Positions 7,782 through 17,081 are shown, counted from the stretch's first letter. The stretch is 61,951 nucleotides of DNA from Nonomuraea sp. (GCA_036276095.1 DASUCK010000074.1:1-61951), one strand, 5' to 3'. Notes: a model not told the origin generated them from the letters alone. A program made the numbers and translations.

Positions 7782-10700
7782 CCGCCCCTCACGAACCAGG
7801 CACACTGTCCACGGCCACGATCCTGTTCACCGACGTGGTGAGCTCCACCGCGCTGCGGATCAGGCTCGGCGAAGAGCGGGCCGACGTCGTCTTCCGCCGC
7901 CTCTACCAGCTGCTCCACTCCGTGGTGACGGCGAGCGGCTCGACGTTCACCAAGAGCCTGGGCGACGGGCTCATGGCCGTGTTCGAGTCGGCCACCGCGG
8001 GGCTCGACGCGATCATCGCCGTCGAGCAGGCGGTGGCCGAGGAGAACGAACGCGCGCTGGAGAAGATCTCCATCAAGGCCGCGCTGGCCGCGGGCGACGT
8101 GTGCTGGGGCCACGACGACGTCAGCGGGCTGCCGACCGTGGAGGCGGCCCGGCTGGTGGCGATCGCCGAGGGCGGGCAGGTGCTCTGCACCGACCTGGTG
8201 CGCCGGCTGGCCCAGGGGCGCAGCCGGCACGAGTTCAAGGACCTCGGGCGGCTGCCGGGCAAGGGGCTGCGGGAGCCGCTGCACACGTACGAGCTGCACT
8301 GGCAGACCGCCGACCACCACCAGAGCGGCGGCCTGCCGACCTGGCTCGACAGCGGGCACGTGCTGCCCTTCGTCGGGCGCGGACAGGAGCTGCGGGAGCT
8401 CGACGGCGAGCTGTCGGCGGCCGAGTCCGGCAGCGGGCTGGTGATCCTGCGGGGCGATCCGGGGGTGGGCAAGACCCGGCTGGCGTCCATGGTGGCCGAG
8501 CAGGCGCTCAAGCGGCAGTTCACGGTGCTCGCGGGGCGGTGCACCGACCCGGCGCGGCAGGCGTACGAGCCGATCGCCGGCGCGGTGGAGCGACTGGCCC
8601 GCACCTCGCCCGCGCTGCTCCTGCGGGCCGGGGTCGACCAGCGGTGCGGCCAGCTCGTCCGGATCGCCCCGTCGCTCGCGGCGCCGCCGCTGTCCTTGCA
8701 GGTGCCGCCGGCCACCGAGCCGGTCTCCGAGCGCTACCACCTGATGGCCGCCGCCCGCACCCTCATCGAGCGGCTGACGACGGTGCGGCCCGTCCTGCTG
8801 GTGATCGACGACCTGCAGTGGGCGACGCTGGAGTCGCTGCAGATGCTCCAGGCCCTCATGTTCGACGCCGACGCCCTGCCCCTGCTCGTCCTGGCCACCT
8901 CGCGCCCGGTGCCGGTCGAGTCGGCCATGCCGGACTTCCACAAGCTGACCGCCGGCGGCCGGGTCGTGCAGGTGCCGTCGTTCGGCCTGGAGGAGGTCTC
9001 CGACGTGCTGTCGGAGGTGCGTCCCGGCGGTGACGCCGAGCTGCTCCACCGCATCACCGGCGGCAACGCGTTCCTGATCACCGAGGTGGCCAGAGAGCTG
9101 GCCGCGGGCAAAGACCTCGACGCGCTCTCCGTCCCCGACTCGGTCACCCGCGTGGTGCTGGCCCGCCTCGCCCAGCTCCACCCCGACGCCCGCGAGCTGG
9201 TCAGTCTGCTGGCCGTGGCCGAGCGCATGGAGTCGGCGGAGCTGCGGCTCGGGCTCGGCGCCGACGAGGCGCGGTTCGTGGCCGCCGTCGAGGAGGCGAT
9301 GGGCGCCGGCCTGGTCACCATGTCCAGCCGCGGCACCTGCCGGTTCTCCCACGAGCTGACCAGGAACGCGTTGTACGCCACGCTCTCCCCGCCGCGGGCC
9401 GCCCTGCTCCACGGGCGGGTCGCCGACGCGCTGTGCCGGGCGGACCCGAAGGCGATGGAGTCCCGGCCGTACGTGGTGGCCGCCCACCTGGTGGCCGCCG
9501 CCGAGCAGGGCCGCGACCCGGCACGGGTGGGCGCGGCGGTCGGCGCGGCGGTGCGCGCCGCCGAGCACGCGCTGGAGGGGCTGGCCCACCGCGAGGCCGT
9601 CAGCTGGTACCAACGGGTGCTCCACCTGCTGGAGGGCTTCCCCGGCGCCACCCCCGAGCGGCGCGCGGAGCTGCTGGTGGAGTGCGGGCGGGCGATGTGG
9701 CTGGCCGGCCACCCCGACGCCCGTCAGACCCTCGCCGCGGCGGCCGACCTGGCCAGGGAGTGCGGGCGCGGCGACCTGATCGTCATCGCCGCGCTCGGCG
9801 GCGACCGCGGCTTCACCAGCATCTCGGCCGCCCCCGACCAGCAGCGCATCGCGTTGCTGACCGAGGCGAGGCGCCTGGTCGACTCCACCGACGTGAGCAC
9901 CAGAGCGCTGCTGGCCGCCCACCTGGCCGCCGAGCTGATCTGGGCCGCCGACGGCGAGCGGCGCTTCGCGCTGAGCGACGAGGCGGTGGCCCTGGCCCGC
10001 AAGTGCGGCGACCCGCGCACGCTCGCCCTGGTGCTGTGCCTGCGCAGCCTGACCATCATCCCCGCCGACCCGCTCCGCCAGCGCCACCGCGACGGTGACG
10101 AGATGCTGGAGGCGGCCCGCCGCACCGGCGACGACCTGGCGCTCTTCCACGCGTACGTGCAGCGCACCCCTCCCGTGCTCGACACCGGCGACGCGGCCAC
10201 CGCCGCCACGCTGCTCGACCAGGCCGACCGGCTCGCCCACCGGCTGGCGCAGCCGCACCTCCACTGGCTGGTCGGCTACTCCAGGGCCGGCCTGACCCTC
10301 ATGCAGGGCGACCTGGCCCAGGCCGAGGCGGAGGCCACGGCCGCGCTGCGGCTCGGGTCGGAGATCGGCCGCCGCCTGGAGGCCGTGGCGATCTTCGCCG
10401 AGCAGATCGCCGAGATCAGGCGGCTGCAGGGCCGGCTGTGGGAGCTGCGCGACCGGCTCCGCCGCTCGGCCGAGGCGCCCCGCGTCGACCCCGTGCACGC
10501 GGTGCTGCGCTACCTGTGCGAGCTCGACGACGAGGAGGCCGGCCCGCTGCTCGACCGCATCCTCGCCACGCAGGGCGCGGTGCCGCCGCGTACGATGGCC
10601 CACCGGCCCGCGCTCGACAACCTGGCCGTGGCCGCCTGCCGCCTGGGCCGCGCCGGCCTGGCCGGGCAGCTGTACGCCTCGCTCTCCGGCGAGGGCGAGA

Positions 10701-10984
10701 CCTTCGGCCACAGCACGGTCGCCCACCCCTGCGGCCACCACTACCTGGCCCACCTGGCCCTCACCATGGGCGACCCCGCGCGCGCCGCCGAGCACTTCGA
10801 GGCGGCCGCCGAGGTGCACGAGCGGCGCGAGGTGCCGCTCATGCTCGCCGAGTCCCTGCTCGACTGGGCCGACCTGCTGGACGGCGGCGAAGTGAGCGGC
10901 CCCAAACCGGCCGACCTGCGCGAATGGTGCGCCACGCTGCTGTCCGGCCGTGGCGCCCTGCTGCTCGACCGCCGGCTGCGGTGA
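7778..10984 (+). CDS. Class III adenylate/guanylate cyclase - STAND AAA ATPase - TPR-like protein
   Basis: ILFTDVVSST, KSLGDG, EAARL and GKGL cyclase motifs; FVGR, GDPGVGKT, LLVIDDLQWA, TGGNAF and FSHEL STAND motifs; helical C-terminal half. The GTG overlaps the upstream stop (GTGA). Confidence 0.92.
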   Translation: MTAPHEPGTLSTATILFTDVVSSTALRIRLGEERADVVFRRLYQLLHSVVTASGSTFTKSLGDGLMAVFESATAGLDAIIAVEQAVAEENERALEKISIKAALAAGDVCWGHDDVSGLPTVEAARLVAIAEGGQVLCTDLVRRLAQGRSRHEFKDLGRLPGKGLREPLHTYELHWQTADHHQSGGLPTWLDSGHVLPFVGRGQELRELDGELSAAESGSGLVILRGDPGVGKTRLASMVAEQALKRQFTVLAGRCTDPARQAYEPIAGAVERLARTSPALLLRAGVDQRCGQLVRIAPSLAAPPLSLQVPPATEPVSERYHLMAAARTLIERLTTVRPVLLVIDDLQWATLESLQMLQALMFDADALPLLVLATSRPVPVESAMPDFHKLTAGGRVVQVPSFGLEEVSDVLSEVRPGGDAELLHRITGGNAFLITEVARELAAGKDLDALSVPDSVTRVVLARLAQLHPDARELVSLLAVAERMESAELRLGLGADEARFVAAVEEAMGAGLVTMSSRGTCRFSHELTRNALYATLSPPRAALLHGRVADALCRADPKAMESRPYVVAAHLVAAAEQGRDPARVGAAVGAAVRAAEHALEGLAHREAVSWYQRVLHLLEGFPGATPERRAELLVECGRAMWLAGHPDARQTLAAAADLARECGRGDLIVIAALGGDRGFTSISAAPDQQRIALLTEARRLVDSTDVSTRALLAAHLAAELIWAADGERRFALSDEAVALARKCGDPRTLALVLCLRSLTIIPADPLRQRHRDGDEMLEAARRTGDDLALFHAYVQRTPPVLDTGDAATAATLLDQADRLAHRLAQPHLHWLVGYSRAGLTLMQGDLAQAEAEATAALRLGSEIGRRLEAVAIFAEQIAEIRRLQGRLWELRDRLRRSAEAPRVDPVHAVLRYLCELDDEEAGPLLDRILATQGAVPPRTMAHRPALDNLAVAACRLGRAGLAGQLYASLSGEGETFGHSTVAHPCGHHYLAHLALTMGDPARAAEHFEAAAEVHERREVPLMLAESLLDWADLLDGGEVSGPKPADLREWCATLLSGRGALLLDRRLR

Positions 10985-10985
10985 C

Positions 10986-11405
10986 TCACTCCTTCACCAC
11001 GATCCGGCTGAGCACCACGAACCCGCCGAGCGCCCCCGCGGTGCCGGCGGCGGTCGTGGTGGTGAGGTTGACCACGAGATCGTAGGTGCCGGCGACGAGC
11101 CGGCCGCGCATCGGGACGGAGGCGGTGTACCGGCCCGAGCCGGGGGTGAAGGTCAGCTCCACCGGGGGTGAGGGGTGCCGCGACTCGCCGCCGCCCACCA
11201 GGTCGGCGATGATCTCCACGTGCCAGCAGCCGGCCAGCCAGTCGACGAGTTCCCCGGTGACCTCCCAGCTCACGTCCACGGTCCAGCCCTCGCTCCGCCG
11301 TACGACGGTGGTGGGCTGCGCCCCGGGGTCCACAACCTGGCCGTGGAGGGTGCCGGCCAGCTGCTCGGCCGGTACCTTCATCACTTGGAACTCTCCGGTT
11401 GCCAT
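10986..11405 (-). CDS. Hypothetical 139-aa beta-sandwich-like protein
   Basis: RBS ggagaggag; alternating beta-strand patterns (WTVDVSWEV, WHVEII, YDLVVNLT); no signal peptide. Confidence 0.75.
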   Translation of the reverse strand: MATGEFQVMKVPAEQLAGTLHGQVVDPGAQPTTVVRRSEGWTVDVSWEVTGELVDWLAGCWHVEIIADLVGGGESRHPSPPVELTFTPGSGRYTASVPMRGRLVAGTYDLVVNLTTTTAAGTAGALGGFVVLSRIVVKE

Positions 11406-11449
11406 CGGCTCTCCTCTCCGGGGTGGGACCAGGTCCCCGTGTGAAGGGC

Positions 11450-11476
11450 AGAGCGGTGACGGCCGCCGCTAGATAC
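11450..11476 (-). promoter_or_regulatory. Putative ECF sigma promoter GTATCT-N16-GCTCT upstream of the 139-aa gene
   Basis: The reverse complement reads gtatct-agcggcggccgtcacc-gctct, matching the motif at 3662-3687. Confidence 0.55.
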
Positions 11477-11568
11477 GAATCGTTTCTACGGAGAATGCCG
11501 GATTTTGGTCAGACTCCGCCGATCATGACGAGGTCGGCGGGGCCGGCCGTGACGATCGTCTCGTTCCC

Positions 11569-12732
11569 CTAGCGGAGGCGTACGAGGTCGGGGCCGAGGC
11601 CCTCCACCCCGCCCGCGCCGAGCAGCTGCACGGTCCGTACGAGCTCGGCGTGCAGCAGGTCGAGCACCCGCCGCACGCCGGGCTCGCCGCCGGCCATCAG
11701 CCCGTACAGGTAGGCGCGGCCCACGAAGCAGGCCCGGGCGCCCAGGGCGACCGCGGCGGCCACGTCCGCGCCGCTGCGGACGCCGCCGTCCAGGAACACC
11801 TCCGTGCGGTCGCCGACCGCCGCCGCCACCTCGGGCAGCAGCTCCAGCGGGGTGGGGGAGCGGTCGAGCTGCCGGCCGCCGTGGTTGGACACGACCAGGC
11901 CGTCGACGCCGACCGCGGCCAGCTCCTTGGCGTCGTCGACCCGCTGCACGCCCTTGACCAGCAGCCGGCCCCGCCACGCGGACCTGATCCACTCCAGGTC
12001 CGCGACTGTCACCGAGGGGTCGAACATCAGGTTGGTGATGCCGGCCAGGTCGGCCGGCGCGCCGTCGACCGTCGCGAACCGCAGCGGCTCGCTGGTGAGG
12101 AAGTCGAACCACCACGCCGGGCGGCCCACCGCCTGCAGCACGCTGCGCCAGCGCAGCGCCGGCGGGATCGTCAGGCCGTGGCGCACGTCGCGCAGCCGGG
12201 CGCCCGCCACCGGCACGTCCACCGTCACCACCAGCACGTCCATGCCGGCCTCGCGGGCCCGCGCGAGCGTCTCCAGGGTGCGGGAGCGGTCGCGCACCAC
12301 GTACAGCTGGAACCAGTTCCACCCGCCGGGCGCGGCCTCCGCCACCTCCCCGGCCGTCGTGGTGCCCATGGTCGACAGCGTGTACGGCACCCCCGCCCGC
12401 TCCGCCGCCCTGGCCACGGCCCGCTCGCCGGCTCGGTGCATCATCCTGGTGAAGCCGGTGGGGCCGAGCACGACCGGCATCGCGATCCGCCGCCCCAGGA
12501 TCTCGACGGCGGTCGGCGCCTCCGCGACGTCCCGCAGCACCCGAGGCCGGAACTCCACCCGGCCGAACGCCTCCACCGCCCGCGCCACCGACCGCTCGCC
12601 CTCGGCCGCGCCGTCCACGTAGTCGAACACCATCCGCGGCGCCCGCCGCATGGCCAGCCTCCGCAGGTCGTGTACGTCGGCCGCCGCGGCCACCCGCCGC
12701 GCCCTCGACCAGCGCGGTCTGCCGGGCAGCAC
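11569..12732 (-). CDS. FMN-dependent alpha-hydroxy acid dehydrogenase (L-lactate dehydrogenase LldD-like); true start probably further upstream
   Basis: FDYVDGAA, WFQLY, TVD, VKG, SNHGGRQLD, DGGVRSG and GRAYLYGL motifs. Confidence 0.92.
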   Translation of the reverse strand: MLPGRPRWSRARRVAAAADVHDLRRLAMRRAPRMVFDYVDGAAEGERSVARAVEAFGRVEFRPRVLRDVAEAPTAVEILGRRIAMPVVLGPTGFTRMMHRAGERAVARAAERAGVPYTLSTMGTTTAGEVAEAAPGGWNWFQLYVVRDRSRTLETLARAREAGMDVLVVTVDVPVAGARLRDVRHGLTIPPALRWRSVLQAVGRPAWWFDFLTSEPLRFATVDGAPADLAGITNLMFDPSVTVADLEWIRSAWRGRLLVKGVQRVDDAKELAAVGVDGLVVSNHGGRQLDRSPTPLELLPEVAAAVGDRTEVFLDGGVRSGADVAAAVALGARACFVGRAYLYGLMAGGEPGVRRVLDLLHAELVRTVQLLGAGGVEGLGPDLVRLR

Positions 12733-12842
12733 CTCCCGCAGCTCCCGCCACCGAGGCAGGCGCCGTGGCTCCCGGTCGTGCGCGTCGATGCCCAGGACGC
12801 TACCAGCTGAGGCCCAGGACGCCAGCGGCTACGGTGAGGGGC

Positions 12843-13120
12843 GTGATCGAGCTGATCGACGGCTGGGGCGCGCTGGCGGGCGGCTCGGCGGCGGCGCGGG
12901 CCGTCGGCGCGGAGCTGATCGCCCGCTGGTCCGAGCCCCACCGCCGCTACCACGACCGCGCCCACCTGACCGCCGAGTCGCGCCTGCCCCGCTGTGGAAC
13001 CCCCGCCTCTACCGCACCGCCCTGGCCCATGACCTGTGGGAGCGGCGCGCCCGCGGGAACCTGTCCGCGGAGCTGTCCGCGCTCACGCCGCGCGGCCCGG
13101 CCAGTCGGGCGGATCGATGA
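12843..13120 (+). pseudogene. Internally deleted, frameshifted HD-type metal-dependent phosphohydrolase (COG4339-like)
   Basis: The N-terminal motif RWSEPHRRYHDRAHL is in one frame and the C-terminal motif LYRT..AHDLWERRARGNLSAEL in another, with only ~30 nt between them. The central HD region is absent. Confidence 0.7.
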
Positions 13121-13140
13121 GAGCGGATCGAGGAGAACGG

Positions 13141-13896
13141 TCACGACGTCAAGGGCAGGACGCGTCCCCGTACCCCGATCTCGCTCAGGTCGGGCACCAC
13201 GACGCCGGCGCCGTGCGCGCGCAGCTCGGCCGGGTCGCCGCCCTCCCCGACGACCCCCACCACCAGACCGAAGCCGCCGTCGCGGGCCGCCCGCACCCCG
13301 GGCAGCGCCGCGTCGACCACCGCGACCTGCGGCGGCGTCCGGTCCAGGCGGCGGGCCGCCTCCAGGAACAGGGCGGGGTCGGGCCGCCCCGGCAGGTTCA
13401 TCAGCGCGGCGTCGTTGCCGTCGATCAGCACGTCGAACAGGTGGGAGACACCCGCCGAGTTCACCAGCTTGCCGCCGTGCAGGCTGGCCGAGACGGCCGC
13501 GGTGCGGGCGCCGCGCTGCCGGAGCGCGTGCAGGAGCGCGACGGTGGCCGGGAAGGCGGCGACGCCGTACTTGTCCACCTGCGCCATGAAGCCGAGGTCC
13601 TTGGCCAGGCCGAGGCCGTGCACGGTGGGCGCGCCGGGCTCGTCGTCGGCCGCCCCCTCGGGCAGCGTGATGCCGCGGGAGGCCAGGAACGTGCGGATGC
13701 CGTCCAGCCGCGGACGGCCGTCCACGTGCCGCAGGTAGTCGTCGCGGATGTCGAACGGCGCCGAGCGGCCGCGCAGGAATTCGTCGAAGACGTGCTTCCA
13801 GGCGGCCGCGTGCCCGCGGGCGGTGTCGGTGACCACCCCGTCGGTGTCGAACACGACGGCGCTGATCCTGGTGAGGTCGATGAGTGGCTCGCTCAC
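13141..13896 (-). CDS. HAD hydrolase, beta-phosphoglucomutase-like
   Basis: FDTDGVVTDTA (DxD), YLRHVDGRPR and GRPDPALF; motif IV is degenerate. Confidence 0.85.
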   Translation of the reverse strand: MSEPLIDLTRISAVVFDTDGVVTDTARGHAAAWKHVFDEFLRGRSAPFDIRDDYLRHVDGRPRLDGIRTFLASRGITLPEGAADDEPGAPTVHGLGLAKDLGFMAQVDKYGVAAFPATVALLHALRQRGARTAAVSASLHGGKLVNSAGVSHLFDVLIDGNDAALMNLPGRPDPALFLEAARRLDRTPPQVAVVDAALPGVRAARDGGFGLVVGVVGEGGDPAELRAHGAGVVVPDLSEIGVRGRVLPLTS

Positions 13897-13925
13897 ACAG
13901 CGAACGTAGCCCTTTCACGGCCCCG

Positions 13926-15101
13926 CTACCAGGCGACGGGCAACTCCTTGATGCCGTGGACGATGGCGAGCTCGCGGAAGGGGACCTCGCCGGCCACCCG
14001 AAGCGTGGGGAAGCGGCGGAGCAGGGCGGGGAAGGCGATGCGCATCTCCATCTGCGCCAGCGGCGCGCCGACGCAGCGGTGGATGCCGTGCCCGAACGCC
14101 AGGTGCGAGACGTCCCGGCCGGGCCGGATCTCGTCGGCGTCGTCGCCCATGGCGGCCGGGTCGCGGTTGGCGCCGATGAGCGAGCACAGCACCAGCTCGC
14201 CCTTCTTGATCGGTGTGCCGTGCAGCTCCAGGTCGTCGCGGGCGAACCGCGGGAAGGCCACCTGCACGACCGACATGAAGCGCAGCAGCTCCTCGACGAC
14301 GTCGTTGACGTGGCCGTCGACCTCGCGCACCTTGGCGGCCTGCTCGGGGTGGCGCAGCAGCCAGAGCGTGCCGAGCGCGAGCATGCTGGTGCTGGTGTCG
14401 TGTCCGCCGGTGAGCAGGCCGTCGGCCATGCTGGCGAGGGTGCGGTCGTCCAGCTCGTCGCCGTGGTCGCGGATCAGCTGCCCCAGCAGGCCCTCGCCGG
14501 GGTTCAGCCGCTCCCTGGCGACCAGCTCCGTCAGGTACGTCATCGCGTCGTTGATCGCCTGCAGCGACGCCTCGGGGCCGGCGGTGAAGTCGAACCGGTC
14601 CTTGCTGAGCTTCACGAAGTCGGCGCGCTCGTCGTAGGGGACGCCCAGCAGCTCGCACACCACCAGCGAGGGGATGGGCAGCGCGAACTCCTGGAAGAGG
14701 TCGACGGGCATGCCCTCGGCGCCCTTGGCCTCGATGCGGTCGAGCGCCTCCTCGACCATGGCCTCGATGCGCGGCTCCAGCCTGCGCAGGCGGCGTACGG
14801 TGAACTCCGGCGTCAGGAAGCGGCGCAGCCGGGTGTGCTCGGGCGGGTCGCGGAAGCCCAGGCCGCCCGGGTCCTCCTGGTTGGAGCCGAGGCCGATCAC
14901 GCCGGCGAAGTCGTTGCTGAAGCGCTCGTGGTCGCCGAGCACCGCGCGGACGTCCTCCCAGCGGGTGACGAGGTACACGGTCTGGCCGCCGGGGATCTCC
15001 ATGGGGTAGACCGGGTGCTCGGCCCGGATGCGCGCGAGTTCGGCCGTGGGGTCGAACTCGTCGCGCATGAACTGGACGAGCGGGAACTCATTGTCTGACA
15101 T
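13926..15101 (-). CDS. Cytochrome P450
   Basis: DPPEHTRLR, I-helix LLTGGHDTS, EELLR (ExxR) and HLAFGHGIHRCVG heme motif. Confidence 0.96.
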   Translation of the reverse strand: MSDNEFPLVQFMRDEFDPTAELARIRAEHPVYPMEIPGGQTVYLVTRWEDVRAVLGDHERFSNDFAGVIGLGSNQEDPGGLGFRDPPEHTRLRRFLTPEFTVRRLRRLEPRIEAMVEEALDRIEAKGAEGMPVDLFQEFALPIPSLVVCELLGVPYDERADFVKLSKDRFDFTAGPEASLQAINDAMTYLTELVARERLNPGEGLLGQLIRDHGDELDDRTLASMADGLLTGGHDTSTSMLALGTLWLLRHPEQAAKVREVDGHVNDVVEELLRFMSVVQVAFPRFARDDLELHGTPIKKGELVLCSLIGANRDPAAMGDDADEIRPGRDVSHLAFGHGIHRCVGAPLAQMEMRIAFPALLRRFPTLRVAGEVPFRELAIVHGIKELPVAW

Positions 15102-15839
15102 CGATATCCGTCCTGCTGGGATACATCGCACTTCTTGGGATAAATCCCTCGTCAGATGGTCCCATCCTGAGGGGGTGTTCAGGGCCCTCCGAAAGGACGA
15201 AATTTCCTCTCACCCGTGGGGCGGCCGATGTCACGGTCGTCCTCGCGGTCGCTCATACGCCGGCCGGGCACCCCGTCACCTCCGTCGGCGGCGGTCCGGT
15301 GCGGTCACGGGCGAAGTGCGGGGGCCCCGGCAGCGGCGCCTCGGCCGCCAGCGACGGCGGCGCCGGCTTGGGGCGCCGCGGTTCCCGTACCCCGCCCGGC
15401 GGGTCGCCGGAAGGGGGATCGGGGGGAGGGCCGTCGTCTCCCGGCCAGTGCGACTCTCCAGGCCCGAACCCGGGCCGCCAGGCGGCCTCGCCGCGAGGAA
15501 GGACCCGCCGCTTACGCGATCTTCTGCTCACGACCCCTCCTCTCGCCCCCATTGTGCGCTCGCACCCCCGCCCCGGCCAGCCTCCGGACCCGACGTCCTC
15601 TCCCGGTCGGCGCCACAGGTCCGGGCGCCCTCCTGGGGCGCGCCCCTCGTCGTCGGCCCCGGCCCCCACCCGGCCCGTACGGGCGGTCGCTTCTGACTCT
15701 CTGTAAAGGCAAAAGGTGGTGAAGGTGTGATTCTTGGGCAAACCGGGGCGGCGGGTGCCGTTTGGCGTACAAGATGGCGACATTCTGCGATGATCTCGTC
15801 GCGTAGAGCCGGAGCCAGAGCCATCACGGATAGTGACAG

Positions 15840-17081
15840 ATGCCGACATTCGAGGAAATAGCCGCCTTCGTCACCGAGAAGCCGCTCGCCACGGCGGTCA
15901 TCACGCTGCTCAGCCTGATCGGGCTGGTGATCGCGTTCTTGGTCGTCAGGATCGTCTGGAAAGCCGTCGCCTGGCTGTTCGCCAGGTACGTCGCCGCCCG
16001 CCCCGTCGAGGACGTGCTGACGATCGTGGCCGCCTCCATCGCCACGGGCGTGTCCGCGCAGGGCATGTGGCGCTTCTCCGAGGACATCCTGGGCCTCGAC
16101 GGCCCCCTGCGGCTGCTGTTGTTCGCGTTCATCGAGGTCGCGATCATCACCAGCGCCGTCCGCGCCCGCCGCAACATGCGCGAGAACTTCTCGGCCGGCA
16201 TCGACGGCATCGCCGTGTGGGCGCTGACCTGCCTGACCGCCGTCCTGTCCAGCATGGACGCCCGCAGCCTGCCCGAGGCGGTGTTCCGGCTCGCCGCCCC
16301 GCTGGTGGCCGCCTGGCTGTGGGAACGCGGCATGGCCATCGAACGCCACCGCATCCGCGGCACCGGCCGCATCAACTGGCGGCTCACCCCCGAGCGGCTG
16401 CTGGTCAGGGTCGGGCTCGCCGAGGTCAGCGACCGTACGGCCAGCGAGGTCGACGCCCACCGCCGGCTCACCCGCGTCGCGCTGGCCGCCAAGCGGGCCA
16501 AGGCGCTGCGCGAGGCCGGCGCCCCCGACCGCAAGATGCGCGCCGCGCTGGCCAAGCTCGACAAGGCCATGGACCAGGCCGTCGAGCACACCGGGCTGGC
16601 CGTCGACCCGGCCCGCCAGGAGGCGCTGCTGGCCCAGATCGCCGCGCTGTACAACACCACCGCGCTCATCGACGCCGACCCCCGCGTCCCCTGGGAGCGC
16701 GACGCCGAGCAGCACCCGGTGCCCGCCCGCCCCGCGCTGCCGCCCGCCCTGGCCGAACTGGTCGAGGACGAGGACGAGGACGTCGAGGTGCTCGACACCA
16801 GCCCGCAGGTCGTCTCCACCGCCGAGCGCGCGGCGCTCATGCGGGCCGCCCGCGTGTACTGGGACCGGCAGATCGCCAAGGGCATCGTCCCGCGTACGGT
16901 GGACATCGCCCAGGAGATCGGGATCTCGCTGGCCACGGCCCGCGAGTACCGCGCCCTGTGGAAGCTGGAGCCGCAGGCGCACGCCCTCATCGAGGCGCTG
17001 TACCAGCAGCACGGCATCGTCGACACCGGCGCCTTCCCCGCCATCGGCGCCGACGGCAGGGTCCTGACCACGAAGTCCTGA
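15840..17081 (+). CDS. Multi-TM/coiled-coil protein with a C-terminal HTH, resembling actinomycete mobile-element (Spd/DUF2637-like) proteins
   Basis: About five hydrophobic helices, a charged helical middle, an acidic linker and C-terminal TVDIAQEIGISLATAREYR. Confidence 0.6.
   Translation: MPTFEEIAAFVTEKPLATAVITLLSLIGLVIAFLVVRIVWKAVAWLFARYVAARPVEDVLTIVAASIATGVSAQGMWRFSEDILGLDGPLRLLLFAFIEVAIITSAVRARRNMRENFSAGIDGIAVWALTCLTAVLSSMDARSLPEAVFRLAAPLVAAWLWERGMAIERHRIRGTGRINWRLTPERLLVRVGLAEVSDRTASEVDAHRRLTRVALAAKRAKALREAGAPDRKMRAALAKLDKAMDQAVEHTGLAVDPARQEALLAQIAALYNTTALIDADPRVPWERDAEQHPVPARPALPPALAELVEDEDEDVEVLDTSPQVVSTAERAALMRAARVYWDRQIAKGIVPRTVDIAQEIGISLATAREYRALWKLEPQAHALIEALYQQHGIVDTGAFPAIGADGRVLTTKS

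Noticed and set aside
13141-15101. P450 plus HAD as a secondary-metabolite cluster
   Set aside because: No scaffold-forming enzyme (PKS, NRPS, terpene synthase or RiPP precursor) was seen nearby.
15188-15202. tccgaaaggacgaaa resembles hammerhead ribozyme stem II plus GAAA
   Set aside because: The required CUGANGA core does not precede the stem (the sequence is ttcagggccc), and I found no stem I or III.
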